From contig JBPCLO010000027.1 in assembly GCA_051003155.1 (NCBI GenBank), positions 1-64,000 on the forward strand: a stretch of 64,000 nt of DNA, given 5' to 3'. This document shows, piece by piece, positions 1 through 10,087 of this stretch. Source of the DNA: Fimbriimonadales bacterium (GTDB taxonomy: Bacteria; Armatimonadota; Fimbriimonadia; Fimbriimonadales; ATM1). Position 1 is the first letter of the stretch. Each line of letters starts with the position of its first letter. Under the pieces are notes generated by a model that had not been told where the DNA came from, ran no database searches, and saw nothing but the letters and a program-made list of their open reading frames with translations. The translations under genes and the position numbers were made by a program.

Positions 1-541
1 GGGTCGAACCGGTGTTGTTGGGAAGGTCCGCGTCGTTGACGGTAACGCGCCACTGCTCGATGTTTTCTGCTGGCTCGTCGATACGGGCCGTGATCAGAAT
101 CTTGCCGTTAATAAAGCTGTTGTTGAGGGGGCTGTACTCGAACAGGCGTGGCGCAAATCGGTCGAGCGTTACGTGAATCGTGACCGTGTTGTACTTGTTG
201 CCCTGCTCGGTAGCCGTGACGACGATTGTATAGCCGCCTTCCGGGAACGACTCGCTCGGGTTCCAATTGATCGTTCCGCTGGCGTTGCCGTTCTCGTCCG
301 GATTGACCTGCGTTTCTAGGGTCGTGTTCGCGCCGCCCTCATCCGCCGTTATGACAGCCCGTACGGTGACCTGATTTATGCCGCCGGTGATACGGAAGGT
401 AATTACGGTGTTGCTTCCAACGAAGTCCCCATCTGCCGGAGACTGAACAATAAGAGTGCCTGCTTGGGCTGCAGCGACAGCCGTGACCAACGCAAAGCTA
501 CAGAGAATTTTCTTAAATACTGAAGATGTGAATGATCTCAA
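1..541 (-). CDS. Secreted beta-rich (Ig-like repeat) protein, partial, runs off the window start
   Basis: Translated by hand: TTG at 541 behind AAGGAG gives (M)RSFTSSVFKKILCSFALVTAVAAAQAGTLIVQSPADGDFVG..., a signal peptide followed by Thr/Val-rich strands. Not in the ORF track because the stop lies outside the window. Confidence 0.7.
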   Translation of the reverse strand, partial: MRSFTSSVFKKILCSFALVTAVAAAQAGTLIVQSPADGDFVGSNTVITFRITGGINQVTVRAVITADEGGANTTLETQVNPDENGNASGTINWNPSESFPEGGYTIVVTATEQGNKYNTVTIHVTLDRFAPRLFEYSPLNNSFINGKILITARIDEPAENIEQWRVTVNDADLPNNTGST

Positions 542-716
542 AACTATCTCCTTGGGAGCCTCCTCTAATACTGACGAAGACAACCGTGCACTATTGTTGC
601 CAATTTTGGTGCCTGAGGTCAATATTTTGTAAGAAGATCGGGGTATCAAATGTCCGTTATCGTGCATTTTGTGTGTCTCAAGCAAGGATCGAACCGATAG
701 CTTGCATAATCTTGTT

Positions 717-1895
717 ATGCGCTTAGCCCATCAACCCGCCGGCCGATTCGGCGATTTCGGCGGCCGATACGTCCCAGAAGCGCTTATCCCAGCCCTCGAT
801 GAATTGGAGGCAGTCGTCGAGGAAGCGGCCACAGATCAGGCATTCGTCGCGGAACTGACCGGCCATTGGAAAACCACCATCGGAAGGCCGACCCCGATCA
901 CGGGAGCGAGGCGCCTCGGTGCGGAACTCGGCCTTCGCATCTGGATCAAGCGCGAAGACCTCTGCCACACGGGGTCGCACAAGCTGAACAACGCATTGGG
1001 CCAGGCGTTGCTCGCGCGACGAATGGGCAAGAGGAGGATCATCGCCGAAACCGGCGCCGGGCAGCACGGGGTAGCAGCGGCCACTGTGTGCGCGCTATTT
1101 GGGCTCGAATGCGTGGTGTATATGGGCGAGGAAGATGTCCGCCGTCAGGAGTTGAACGTCTTCCGCATGAAACTGCTCGGCGCGACGGTGGTCCCAGTGT
1201 CGACCGGGACGCGCACCCTTAAGGACGCCACCAACGAAGCCATGCGCGACTGGGTCACTAACGTCGCCAACACGCATTACATCGTAGGCTCATGTGTCGG
1301 CCCCCACCCTTACCCACTGATGGTTCGCAGCTTCCAAAAGGTGATCAGTTTCGAAGCCCGCGCCCAAATGCTCGAGGCGGTCGGAAGGCTCCCCGACGCG
1401 TGCATCGCCTGTGTCGGCGGAGGCTCGAACGCCATCGGTTTCTACCACCACTTCGAGAAGGACGAAAGCGTTAGGCTGATCGGAGCCGAAGCAGGCGGCG
1501 AGGGCGTCATAACGGGCAAGCACGCCGCTCCCCTTACCGCGGGAGAGCCTGGAGTGCTGCACGGCAGTTATAGCTACCTGATGCAGGACGACGACGGGCA
1601 AGTTCTCGACACCCACTCGATCTCCGCGGGCCTGGACTACCCCGGCGTCGGCCCCGAGCACAGTCACCTAAAGGACACCGGCCGCGCCGAGTACTACGCA
1701 GTGACGGATGAGGAGGCCCTAAACGCCTTCGTCTGGGTCGCCCGCGCAGAGGGCATCATCCCCGCCTTCGAATCCGCTCATGCTTTCGCTTTGCTCAAGA
1801 AACTCGCCTTTGAGAAAGGCTCTGTGATTCTTGTGAACCTCAGCGGAAGGGGCGACAAGGACATGGAAACCGCATCCCGGGTACTTGACCTCTAA
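717..1895 (+). CDS. trpB: Tryptophan synthase beta chain
   Basis: Motifs [28 protein letters not shown] (PLP lysine), [30 protein letters not shown]. Start moved to ATG 717. Confidence 0.98.
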   Translation: MRLAHQPAGRFGDFGGRYVPEALIPALDELEAVVEEAATDQAFVAELTGHWKTTIGRPTPITGARRLGAELGLRIWIKREDLCHTGSHKLNNALGQALLARRMGKRRIIAETGAGQHGVAAATVCALFGLECVVYMGEEDVRRQELNVFRMKLLGATVVPVSTGTRTLKDATNEAMRDWVTNVANTHYIVGSCVGPHPYPLMVRSFQKVISFEARAQMLEAVGRLPDACIACVGGGSNAIGFYHHFEKDESVRLIGAEAGGEGVITGKHAAPLTAGEPGVLHGSYSYLMQDDDGQVLDTHSISAGLDYPGVGPEHSHLKDTGRAEYYAVTDEEALNAFVWVARAEGIIPAFESAHAFALLKKLAFEKGSVILVNLSGRGDKDMETASRVLDL

Positions 1896-1981
1896 AACTT
1901 GCTGACCGCGTCCTATGGGTCGTGTAAGTCCTGGAAGTTCTATCAACCGATCCTCACGACACCCCCGGTAAACTGACCCTG

Positions 1982-2761
1982 ATGTCCCCGCTATCCGCGC
2001 GGTTCGCGCAGCTTCGCGCCCATGGCGAAAAAGCTCTCGTGACCTTCGTCACGGCGGGCGATCCTTCGCTGGACGAACTTCCCGAAATCCTTGAAACCCT
2101 TGAATCAGGTGGCGCCGACGTCATCGAGGTCGGCATCCCGTTCAGTGACCCTATCGCAGATGGCCCAACAATCCAGGCGTCCAGCCAGCGTGCCCTCGAC
2201 CGAGGCACGCGCTTGAGCGGGATTTTCGACTCGGTCGCGAAGGCAAAGGTCTCAACGCCAATCGTATACATGGGATATACGAACATGGCGCTCAGGATCG
2301 GCTTCGATCAGTTCGCTCGCCGCGCCAAGGACTCGGGCGCTTCGGGTGTCATCCTCAGCGACCTGACCCGAGAAGAAGCCGGCGAGTGGAGGGCCGCCGC
2401 CTCGAACGCCGGGCTCGACACGATCTTTCTCGTGGCGCCCACATCGACTGAGGAGCGAATCCGCGCGGCTTGCGCAGCCTCCACGGGCTTCGTCTACTGC
2501 GTTTCGCGAACGGGCGTGACCGGAGCCGGCAGCCAAGTGCCGCCCGAGGTCGCCAAAACCGTTCGGCGAATACGGACCGCCTCGGAAATGCCGGTCTGCG
2601 TCGGCTTTGGCATCTCGAACGCAAAACAAGTGCGGATGGTTTGCGAGGTGGCGGACGGGGCGGTGGTGGGCAGCTACCTCGTCAACTTGCTTCACACCTC
2701 GGGGCCGGACCGTGCGGCCATTGAATCGGCTGTCAGAACTTTGAAGAGCGGAACGCTCTAG
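1982..2761 (+). CDS. trpA: Tryptophan synthase alpha chain
   Basis: EVGIPFSDPIADGPTIQ, YCVSRTGVTG, VGFGIS, ADGAVVGS; follows trpB. Confidence 0.98.
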   Translation: MSPLSARFAQLRAHGEKALVTFVTAGDPSLDELPEILETLESGGADVIEVGIPFSDPIADGPTIQASSQRALDRGTRLSGIFDSVAKAKVSTPIVYMGYTNMALRIGFDQFARRAKDSGASGVILSDLTREEAGEWRAAASNAGLDTIFLVAPTSTEERIRAACAASTGFVYCVSRTGVTGAGSQVPPEVAKTVRRIRTASEMPVCVGFGISNAKQVRMVCEVADGAVVGSYLVNLLHTSGPDRAAIESAVRTLKSGTL

Positions 2762-3231
2762 AGCTTCAGGAGAAAGCCGAACTCCTCCGAGTGATCAGGA
2801 TCGTCGCAAATCCGCTCGCCGAGAGGCTCTGCCCCGCTCTTCGCGTACATTCCGTGAGCGGCGGCCAGCTTCTTGTCGGACCAGATTTCCATCTCGGTAA
2901 ATCCCGCTTCCCGGGCGGCTTCCTGCGCAAACAGGTACAGGTCTCGCCCATGACCCTTGCCTCGGTGCTCGGCAGGCAGATAAAGCCGATACAACTCGCA
3001 CCGGCCATACCTTCGGGCTTTCAGGCCTACTGTCCCGATCACAATGCCATCCAGTTCCATCACCCAAAAGCCGCCGCCCTGATCGTGATAGAACTCCCGC
3101 ACATCCAACGAGTCGCGATTGTAGCCCTCCGGCTCCCATGTGAAGCCGTACTCGTCGAAGACTCCTTTGATCACAGCCTGGATCCCAGGCTCGTCTCCCT
3201 CATGGAACGGTCTGATGCTCGGCTCGCGCAC
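2758..3231 (-). CDS. GNAT family N-acetyltransferase
   Basis: ELYRLYLPAEHRGKGHG acetyl-CoA motif A. GTG 3231 chosen as start because TACCAT lies 7 nt upstream. Confidence 0.85.
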   Translation of the reverse strand: MREPSIRPFHEGDEPGIQAVIKGVFDEYGFTWEPEGYNRDSLDVREFYHDQGGGFWVMELDGIVIGTVGLKARRYGRCELYRLYLPAEHRGKGHGRDLYLFAQEAAREAGFTEMEIWSDKKLAAAHGMYAKSGAEPLGERICDDPDHSEEFGFLLKL

Positions 3232-3268
3232 GAACTCGATGGTACCAGCCGAATGGTAGACTCGAAGT

Positions 3269-4135
3269 GTGCAAGTTATGATCATCGGCGGTTCAGGATT
3301 GCTCGGAAGCGCCGTGGTGGAAGCGGCCGAACGCAGGGGTTGGGAGGTGCTCGCCCCCACTCGCGACGAACTCGATGTAACCGACGAAACTTCGATCGCT
3401 AATTATGTTCCCTGCGCTTCCCCGTACTGGATCGTCAACTGCGCAGCTTATACGGCGGTAGACAAAGCGGAGACCGACCGCGAGGCCGCGTTCCTTTTGA
3501 ATGGAGTCGCCCCCGGATTCCTCGGACGCGCCGCCCGGGAATCGCGCGCGCGGATCATCCACATTAGTTCCGACTTTGTCTTCGATGGTAAGGCAAACGG
3601 TCGCTACCGAGAATACGACCCCACTAACCCGCTCGGTGTTTACGGTGAAAGCAAACTCCAAGGTGAGCGCGCCTTGCTGCTGGAAGCGTGTGAGTCGATA
3701 GTCGTGCGAACCGCCTGGCTCTTCGGCGCAGGAGGGGATTGCTTCCCTCGGAAAATTATACGCGCTGCTCTCCAACGCAAGCCGTTGCGCGTTGTAAGCG
3801 ACCAGACCGGCTCACCCACGTACACGTCCGACCTCGCAGCGGCCGTTATGCAACTCGCCGACCTCGGCCCCGATGGTGGAATTTATAACATAGTTAACTC
3901 CGGGAAGGCGACCTGGCACAAACTGGCGGCCGCGTCGGTCGCTGCCGCCGGCATTGATGTGGAAATCGAGCCGGTGCCCTCCGAAGATTTCCCCACAGCG
4001 GCAACACGGCCGAAAAACAGTGTTCTCGACACTTCGAAGTATCAGTCCCTCGGCCTATCGCCCTTACCCGAATGGACGGACGCGGTCAGGCGCTTTGCCG
4101 AAGAGCTGCGCACTAAGAACCTGCTCGAAGTTTAA
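3269..4135 (+). CDS. rfbD: dTDP-4-dehydrorhamnose reductase
   Basis: GGSGLLG, NCAAYTAVDKAE, HISSDFVFDG, YGESK, DQTGSPT. Confidence 0.95.
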   Translation: MQVMIIGGSGLLGSAVVEAAERRGWEVLAPTRDELDVTDETSIANYVPCASPYWIVNCAAYTAVDKAETDREAAFLLNGVAPGFLGRAARESRARIIHISSDFVFDGKANGRYREYDPTNPLGVYGESKLQGERALLLEACESIVVRTAWLFGAGGDCFPRKIIRAALQRKPLRVVSDQTGSPTYTSDLAAAVMQLADLGPDGGIYNIVNSGKATWHKLAAASVAAAGIDVEIEPVPSEDFPTAATRPKNSVLDTSKYQSLGLSPLPEWTDAVRRFAEELRTKNLLEV

Positions 4136-4505
4136 ATCCGCCAGGGAACCGGGCGGCCAGCGTCTTCTCCTCGACCTCCCCCACTTCATCGACCATTAGA
4201 ATCTTGAATTGCAACGGATCGGGCGCGAACTCGGAGAAGACCTGCAAACACGCCCCGCATGGTGGTGCGCCGTTTACGGTGGCTATCGCGCAAGCCGTGG
4301 CCTCTTTGCACCCGTCGGATACCATGCGGAAAACGGCGCTCCTTTCTGCGCAAATTGAAAGACCGTAGGAAGCGTTCTCCACGTTGCAACCAGTGTAGAA
4401 CAGTCCATTTAAGCCTAAAACCGCCGCCCCGGCCATATAGCCCTAGTAGGGAGCGTAAGCCATTTCTCGGGCGGACACCGCGGCTTCGCGCAAGTGGCTG
4501 ATCAT
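4113..4505 (-). pseudogene. cdd: Cytidine deaminase (tetrameric type) with an in-frame TAG at codon 21
   Basis: ATG 4505 overlaps the mutS2 stop. Reads MISHLREAAVSAREMAYAPY*GYMAGAAV...NVENASYGLSICAER...PCGAC; TAG at 4443-4445. Confidence 0.85.
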
Positions 4506-6862
4506 GGGCGAAACTCCACAACCGTCACACCGCTCCCTCCCTGGTCTGCGGGCGCTTCGCCAAACGCGGCAACGTCCTTTCTGGATTCAAGGGATATCCG
4601 CACAATTCGTCGTAAAATGCCATCGCCTTTTCCATGAACGATCCGTGCGCGCTCCAGGCCTGCGAGCGCCGCATCGTCGAAAAATCGATCCAGCGCATCT
4701 TTTGCATCCTCTGCCCGCATCTGACGAATTACCAACTCCGAAGAAATATTCTCTGAGCGGGACATAGAGCTTGGATTCCTTCCGACTGCCGCCTTCTTTC
4801 CAGTGGACGGGCGAATGATCGGCGAAACGTCATCGGCACGCACCGCCATTTTCAATTGGTTTATTTGCACAATGACTTTTCCGGATTTTCCTATCTCGAG
4901 AATCTTGCCGATATGCGGGTGCCCTTGGACGCCCACCTCCATCCCTACCGCCAAAACCTCAGGATTTGCCTCTCTCGGCATTTTAAGCTCCTGCCTTGCG
5001 GTTGAAAGTCCCCTCTCGATTGCGCGCGCTTCCTCGCGAAGCGCTTCCTTTTCCGAACCGCTAACGTTTAATGCGCTAATCATTTCCGTCAGGCGCCTGT
5101 ATTTGTCTCTCGCGTCCCGAACCGCCTCGGACACCGCCTCTTCCGCCTGAGATCTGACGGTCTCCAACTTCTCGCGAACGTCCTGTTTTTGCTTTTCGAG
5201 GGCTTGAACTTGGCTCGCGACAGCCATCCTTTGTGCGTCTGCCGCCGCCCGATCCTCTCGCGCCACGCGAATCAATTCGTCCAAGTAATTCGACTTTTCC
5301 CGGTCTTTGGCTCCTTCGCTACCAATCATCTCTTCTGCAATCACAATAACTTGATCGGGTATTCCGTAACGGCGTGATATTTCGAATGCATGGCTTGAGC
5401 CTGTCGCGCCGGGAATCAGGTGATAGGTAGGCTTCAGCGTCTTGAGGTCGAACTCCATCGCTGCCGAAGCCAACTGGTCGTTAATAAGTGCAAATTCCTT
5501 GAGCTCACCGTAGTGAGTAGACGCGCCGATAACTGCGCCGCGGTTCAGTAGTTCCGTCAAAATCGCCTTGCCCAGGGCTGCGCCTTCACGTGGATCGGTG
5601 CCGGCGCCGACTTCGTCGAACAGACACAGTGCTCCCGACGAGGCATTCTTAAATACTCGCGCGATATTCTTTAAATGGCCGCTAAATGTGGAGAGCGATT
5701 GCTGCAAGCTCTGCTCGTCGCCAATATCCGCCCATACTCCGGTAAACGGGCCCAGGATAACTGTGCTGGCCGGAGGAAAAATCCCACAGCCTATCATGAG
5801 CGAATACAATCCTATCGCCTTGAGGCATACGGTCTTTCCGCCAGTATTTGGCCCGGTAATGATAAGCGATCTATATTTTCCGCCAATATCGATATCGAGC
5901 GGCACCGAGAAATGACGTTCGATAAGGGGATGGTGGCCTACTCTAATGCTCATGAAATGGCCGTCCTCGATTGCCGGCTCGCATCCCTTTACTGCGAAGG
6001 AGTATCGGGCCTTTGCAAATATCGCGTCAAGCTCCGCTAACGCGGATAATCCGACAATTATCTCCTCCGAGGAATGCCCCACCTTGGAGGAGAGGTCGGC
6101 CAATATCCTTTCGACCTCTTCCCTCTCCGCGCCCTCGAGTTCGCGCAGCTTGTTCATCTCGCCGACGATCACCTCGGGCTCTACGAAGATCGTTTGCCCC
6201 GAGCCGCTTGAATCGTGGACGATGCCCGGAACTTTCCCGCGAAACTGTGCCTTCACAGGAAGTACATAGCGGCCGTCCCTTTGGGTGTACAAAGCCTCTT
6301 GCAAATAGGATTTGTACGTACCGGAAATCAGCGATTGCAACCGTTCGGTGATTTTTCGCAGTTGGCTCGCCTTGCGAGCTCTAATGGCCCTTAGGGTCGC
6401 GCTGGCTCCGTCCGACACGGCGCCATCGGGCCCGACCGCCGTCTCGATCTCTTCCTTTAGCTTTGGCAGATATGCCATCCGTTCGGCGATCGTCCATAGC
6501 CCAGGAGCGTTCTCGCGCGACGCTGCGATGTGCCTCCGCAGCCGTGCCATAGCGCCCAGCGTCTCCGCGACCCGGTAAAGCTCAGTGCCAGGCAAAGCGG
6601 ACCCCTTGCCCGCGAAGGCCACCGCATCGGCAACGTCCCGGGCGTTCGAATAAACCGGTGTCTCACCAAATTCGAGCACATGAACTGCTTCGCCGGTGTG
6701 CTGTAGCCGCAACGAGATCAGCGCACGGTCGAAGGACGGCCTCGTATCCCGAAGCTCGACTGCTCCCGTTTCCGTCTCGCAATACGACGCCACGAGGTCG
6801 ATGACTTGAGGCAGTTCCAGAGCCGTTTCGGCGTGTGTCCATGCGTCTAGCGGCATCGTCAC
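4502..6862 (-). CDS. mutS2: MutS2 endonuclease / ribosome collision factor with Smr domain
   Basis: GIVHDSSGSGQTIFVEP, Walker A ITGPNTGGKT, DIGDEQSLQQSLSTFSGH, C-terminal Smr HGKGDG. Confidence 0.95.
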   Translation of the reverse strand: MTMPLDAWTHAETALELPQVIDLVASYCETETGAVELRDTRPSFDRALISLRLQHTGEAVHVLEFGETPVYSNARDVADAVAFAGKGSALPGTELYRVAETLGAMARLRRHIAASRENAPGLWTIAERMAYLPKLKEEIETAVGPDGAVSDGASATLRAIRARKASQLRKITERLQSLISGTYKSYLQEALYTQRDGRYVLPVKAQFRGKVPGIVHDSSGSGQTIFVEPEVIVGEMNKLRELEGAEREEVERILADLSSKVGHSSEEIIVGLSALAELDAIFAKARYSFAVKGCEPAIEDGHFMSIRVGHHPLIERHFSVPLDIDIGGKYRSLIITGPNTGGKTVCLKAIGLYSLMIGCGIFPPASTVILGPFTGVWADIGDEQSLQQSLSTFSGHLKNIARVFKNASSGALCLFDEVGAGTDPREGAALGKAILTELLNRGAVIGASTHYGELKEFALINDQLASAAMEFDLKTLKPTYHLIPGATGSSHAFEISRRYGIPDQVIVIAEEMIGSEGAKDREKSNYLDELIRVAREDRAAADAQRMAVASQVQALEKQKQDVREKLETVRSQAEEAVSEAVRDARDKYRRLTEMISALNVSGSEKEALREEARAIERGLSTARQELKMPREANPEVLAVGMEVGVQGHPHIGKILEIGKSGKVIVQINQLKMAVRADDVSPIIRPSTGKKAAVGRNPSSMSRSENISSELVIRQMRAEDAKDALDRFFDDAALAGLERARIVHGKGDGILRRIVRISLESRKDVAAFGEAPADQGGSGVTVVEFRP

Positions 6863-7206
6863 TCCTTGCGGTACTCGGCGGTCACGCTGCTCGCGATCCC
6901 GCCGCGAACGTTGAAATCACCTTCAACTTGAGCGAACCGCGGCTGACAAGTCGCAACGAAGTCGTCCAGAATCTGATTGATGACGGCCTCGAAGTAGATC
7001 CCTTTGTCCCGGAAAGTGAAATAGTACAGCTTTAGCGACTTGAGTTCAACACACGCCTGATCCGGGATGTAGCGGAGCGTGATCGTCGCGAAGTCCGGCT
7101 GGCCGGTCTTCGGGCAGACACTCGTAAACTCGGGCGCAATGTGTTCGATCACATAGTCGCGCTCAGGCGCCGGATTGGGGAATGTCTCTAAGATATCGCT
7201 GCTCAC
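6859..7206 (-). CDS. queF: NADPH-dependent preQ0 reductase (type I)
   Basis: EFTSVCPKTGQPDFA, VELKSLKLY, FNVRGGI. Confidence 0.95.
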   Translation of the reverse strand: MSSDILETFPNPAPERDYVIEHIAPEFTSVCPKTGQPDFATITLRYIPDQACVELKSLKLYYFTFRDKGIYFEAVINQILDDFVATCQPRFAQVEGDFNVRGGIASSVTAEYRKE

Positions 7207-7224
7207 TTTCGGATTATGGCGAAC

Positions 7225-7677
7225 TCAGAACTTGCCACCCGTCCCTATGCTCTTGTCCATCGTTTTAGCCATCACCGCATCGACGGAATATTGGCCCATT
7301 CCAGTGAAGAGCAGGGCGATAGCCATGGCGAACAGGGCGAGCGGTAATTCGAAACCGCCACCCTTCGCGAACAGTCCCTTGTCGACATGGACCTTGGCGA
7401 TTGCGACGAAAAGATTCACAGCAATGCCAAAGGCTGCCACCCTGCCGAATAGACCCAACAAGACTCCAAGCCCGCCGAGCAGCTCTGCGGCGATTGATAA
7501 GTAGCCAAGCCACTCCGGAATCCCCATCTTGCCGAAAATCTCGATCTGATTTCCCAGGCTTGTCGCGCCACCTTCAACCACGCCAACCTTCTGCAAACCG
7601 TGCGCCATCATGACAATTCCGAGCGTCAGCCGCAGGACAACGAGCGCCAGGTCTATCGAGCGATCTTCCCTGTCCAT
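7225..7677 (-). CDS. DoxX family membrane protein
   Basis: LRLTLGIVMMAHGLQK, AELLGG, GGFE, GMGQYSVD. Confidence 0.9.
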   Translation of the reverse strand: MDREDRSIDLALVVLRLTLGIVMMAHGLQKVGVVEGGATSLGNQIEIFGKMGIPEWLGYLSIAAELLGGLGVLLGLFGRVAAFGIAVNLFVAIAKVHVDKGLFAKGGGFELPLALFAMAIALLFTGMGQYSVDAVMAKTMDKSIGTGGKF

Positions 7678-7771
7678 CTTTAGTCCCCTAACCTGGGACG
7701 CAATTCACCCCGTAATCGTCGCAGTACCGTGCGAGGAACGATTCTCCGCGACGGCGAACTCTACATTCGTG

Positions 7772-8596
7772 ATGCGTTGGCTTACAATACTGGCTGATCT
7801 GGACCGCCGTTGGCTCTATCTCGCCTTGATCATTGCCATTGTCCTCTCCAGCTTCATACAAGCCCCCCTTACCATCCGACTAAGCCACGAGTCTCGTGGC
7901 TTTTACGAGGCGATCGAAACCCTCGACGGGCGCAAACCTGTCCTCCTGCAGAGCGATTGGGACATGGGCACGATCGGCGAACTTCGCGCACAGTTCTACG
8001 GTGTCGCCCGGCATCTCTTCCGAAAGAACCAGAAATTCGTTCTAATCAGCGGCAATGCGCTCGGCCCACGCTTCTATAGACCCGTTATGGATGAACTCGC
8101 TGACGAGTTCGGAAAGGAGTACGGCAAAGACTGGATATCCGTGGGATTCAAACTCCCTGATCCGAAATCCATCGCGATCGAAAGTCTCTCGAGAAACTTC
8201 CCAGGGACAGCCATCGCCGACGACTTGGGACGCAAGGTGGAGACTTACCCTTGGCTGAAAGACGTTAGGACCGCGGACGACTGGGCCCTCGCCATATCGA
8301 TCAGCTATAGCGAGTTCCGCGAATACATCACGTACTTCCACTACTCGGCAAGGACACCATATTTAGCCGGCGTGGCAGCGATCACCAGCACGGTGCTCTA
8401 CCCGTTCGTAAGCTCGGGAACGATCAAGGGCATGCTCGTGGGCTCACGCGGTGGGGGCGAATATGAGCAAGCGATTGGCGAGAAGGGTCACGCCAGCAAG
8501 TTCCTCGTCGGCCAGACTGCCGGCCACTTGTTGATCCTGCTTGCCATCATCATTGGCAACATCGGCCAGATCGCCAAGAACAGGCTGGCGAAATGA
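7772..8596 (+). CDS. Conserved hypothetical protein with N- and C-terminal TM helices around a soluble domain
   Basis: Long ORF with hydrophobic termini. Start moved to ATG 7772 to avoid overlap with doxX. Confidence 0.75.
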   Translation: MRWLTILADLDRRWLYLALIIAIVLSSFIQAPLTIRLSHESRGFYEAIETLDGRKPVLLQSDWDMGTIGELRAQFYGVARHLFRKNQKFVLISGNALGPRFYRPVMDELADEFGKEYGKDWISVGFKLPDPKSIAIESLSRNFPGTAIADDLGRKVETYPWLKDVRTADDWALAISISYSEFREYITYFHYSARTPYLAGVAAITSTVLYPFVSSGTIKGMLVGSRGGGEYEQAIGEKGHASKFLVGQTAGHLLILLAIIIGNIGQIAKNRLAK

Positions 8597-9270
8597 TCGC
8601 GGAACTAACTTTCGAAAGGGTTGGGGATTGGATCGCCGCGGGAGCCGTCATCGCCATCCTTAGCCTTCTCTGGCGCGAAAACCGCCTCTATCGTGTAGGT
8701 GAACACCTGCTCCTGGGCCTCACGATTGGGTTCACCGCGGTGGTCACGTGGGTGGAACTGCTGCAGCCCAGATGGCTAGTCCCGTTTCAGGAGGCCATCG
8801 CCGCCGGAGACACCGGGCGAATCTTTTTCGGCGGGTCCGCACTCGTCTTGGGTCTTTGTTGGTACGGCCTCTATTTTAAGAGGGGCGAGTGGCTCATGCG
8901 ACTCGTCCTGGGCGTGATTCTCGGGGCATCGGCAGGGCAAGCTCTGCGTAACAACTTCACTCAGCAGATGCCACTCGTAGCCACCTCATTCCGCAGTCCG
9001 ATCGTGATCAGCGAGGGGAGCCGATTCGATTTCTGGGGATCGCTCAATAACTCGCTCTTCCTGGTAGCTCTCGTCTCCGTACTGCTTTACTTCTTCTTCA
9101 TCTTCGAGCAAAGGAATCCGATAATCAAAGCGGGCAGCAGAATTGGCCGCTTTTGGCTCATGGTCGGCTTCGGGGTCTACTTCGGCAACACGATCATGAC
9201 GCGCATGGCTGTGCTCATCGAAAGAGTCTGGTTCGTCGTAAACGACTTCTTCGGAAAGATGTTCGCGTGA
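8593..9270 (+). CDS. Hypothetical multi-pass membrane protein
   Basis: About 6 hydrophobic segments; ATGA overlap with the upstream gene. Confidence 0.75.
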   Translation: MIAELTFERVGDWIAAGAVIAILSLLWRENRLYRVGEHLLLGLTIGFTAVVTWVELLQPRWLVPFQEAIAAGDTGRIFFGGSALVLGLCWYGLYFKRGEWLMRLVLGVILGASAGQALRNNFTQQMPLVATSFRSPIVISEGSRFDFWGSLNNSLFLVALVSVLLYFFFIFEQRNPIIKAGSRIGRFWLMVGFGVYFGNTIMTRMAVLIERVWFVVNDFFGKMFA

Positions 9271-9284
9271 GGTAAGAAGGGCGA

Positions 9285-10019
9285 ATGGAGGAGACGGTTG
9301 AGGCGAGAGCGTCTGGGTCGCTCGCCCTCGAGGCGATATTGTCACGGCACGCCCACATCCACCTTGAGTCCTTCGAAGCGGCTGAAATGAACAAGGTCGA
9401 GTTCGCAAGCAAGAATTGGAGTCGCCAGGTTTCGCAGGGCGATCCGTATATCCACGGCCCTTACGGCTTAGCGGAGCTCATGGACAACAACCCCCTCGTC
9501 TGCGCCGACATCGCATCCTGCCCCGGCCCATCGGCCACTCTCGCGGCCATCGCGGTGGCGCCGCTTGCGAAAGCAGCTATGCTCACGGATCGGCCCGCTT
9601 TTGTCTTCTCATTCGACGATAGCTACGAAGAGGTGAACCGCGTGTTGGAAACCGAAGGTTGGACCGAAGGAGCAGCCGTCACCGGAAACCCGATGGACCT
9701 CGACCGCTGCCTGATCGCCACCAGCCTGTCGGAGATTCGCGTCCCCCAAAGCGCTTCAGAGATCGACGACCTTTACGACGAATGCTTCGCGCGCAGTTTC
9801 TTTGTCCGCCGCCACGAAGGCGACGATTGGGGCCCGCAGCTCGTACGTGGAACACCAGGGGCCATGTACCAGCTCATCCTCAGCCCAGGTGAGGCCGATA
9901 CTGCAGTACTCCGAGTCGACGTAATCGCGGACCCCAACGGAAAGTGCGGCGCGGCGCAACTGGTGCACATGCTCAACATCATGTGTGGCTTCGAAGAGGA
10001 CCACGCCGTCTCGCTTTAG
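9285..10019 (+). CDS. Divergent ArgC-like (semialdehyde dehydrogenase fold) protein
   Basis: YGLAEL...SCPGPSATLAAIAVAPL and DPNGKCGAAQLVHMLNIMCG resemble the ArgC motifs YGLPEL..NPGCYPT and DNLxKGAAGQAVQNxNxMxG. Confidence 0.6.
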   Translation: MEETVEARASGSLALEAILSRHAHIHLESFEAAEMNKVEFASKNWSRQVSQGDPYIHGPYGLAELMDNNPLVCADIASCPGPSATLAAIAVAPLAKAAMLTDRPAFVFSFDDSYEEVNRVLETEGWTEGAAVTGNPMDLDRCLIATSLSEIRVPQSASEIDDLYDECFARSFFVRRHEGDDWGPQLVRGTPGAMYQLILSPGEADTAVLRVDVIADPNGKCGAAQLVHMLNIMCGFEEDHAVSL

Positions 10020-10021
10020 GC

Positions 10022-10049
10022 GGAACCCTTGGCTTGTGCGCAACGTCCT
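10022..10049 (+). promoter_or_regulatory. Putative ECF sigma promoter (GGAAC-N17-CGTC)
   Basis: GGAAC at 10022-10026 and CGTCCT at 10044-10049, about 40 nt before ATG 10088. Confidence 0.45.
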
Positions 10050-10087
10050 AAGTTCAAAGACGGGCTCACCGGAGCCTGGAGCACAAG

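Noticed and set aside
4443..4445. Genome-wide amber recoding or pyrrolysine as the explanation for the cdd TAG
   Set aside because: TAG is an ordinary stop for many genes here (trpA 2761, 10019, 10621), and no pyl genes are in the window.
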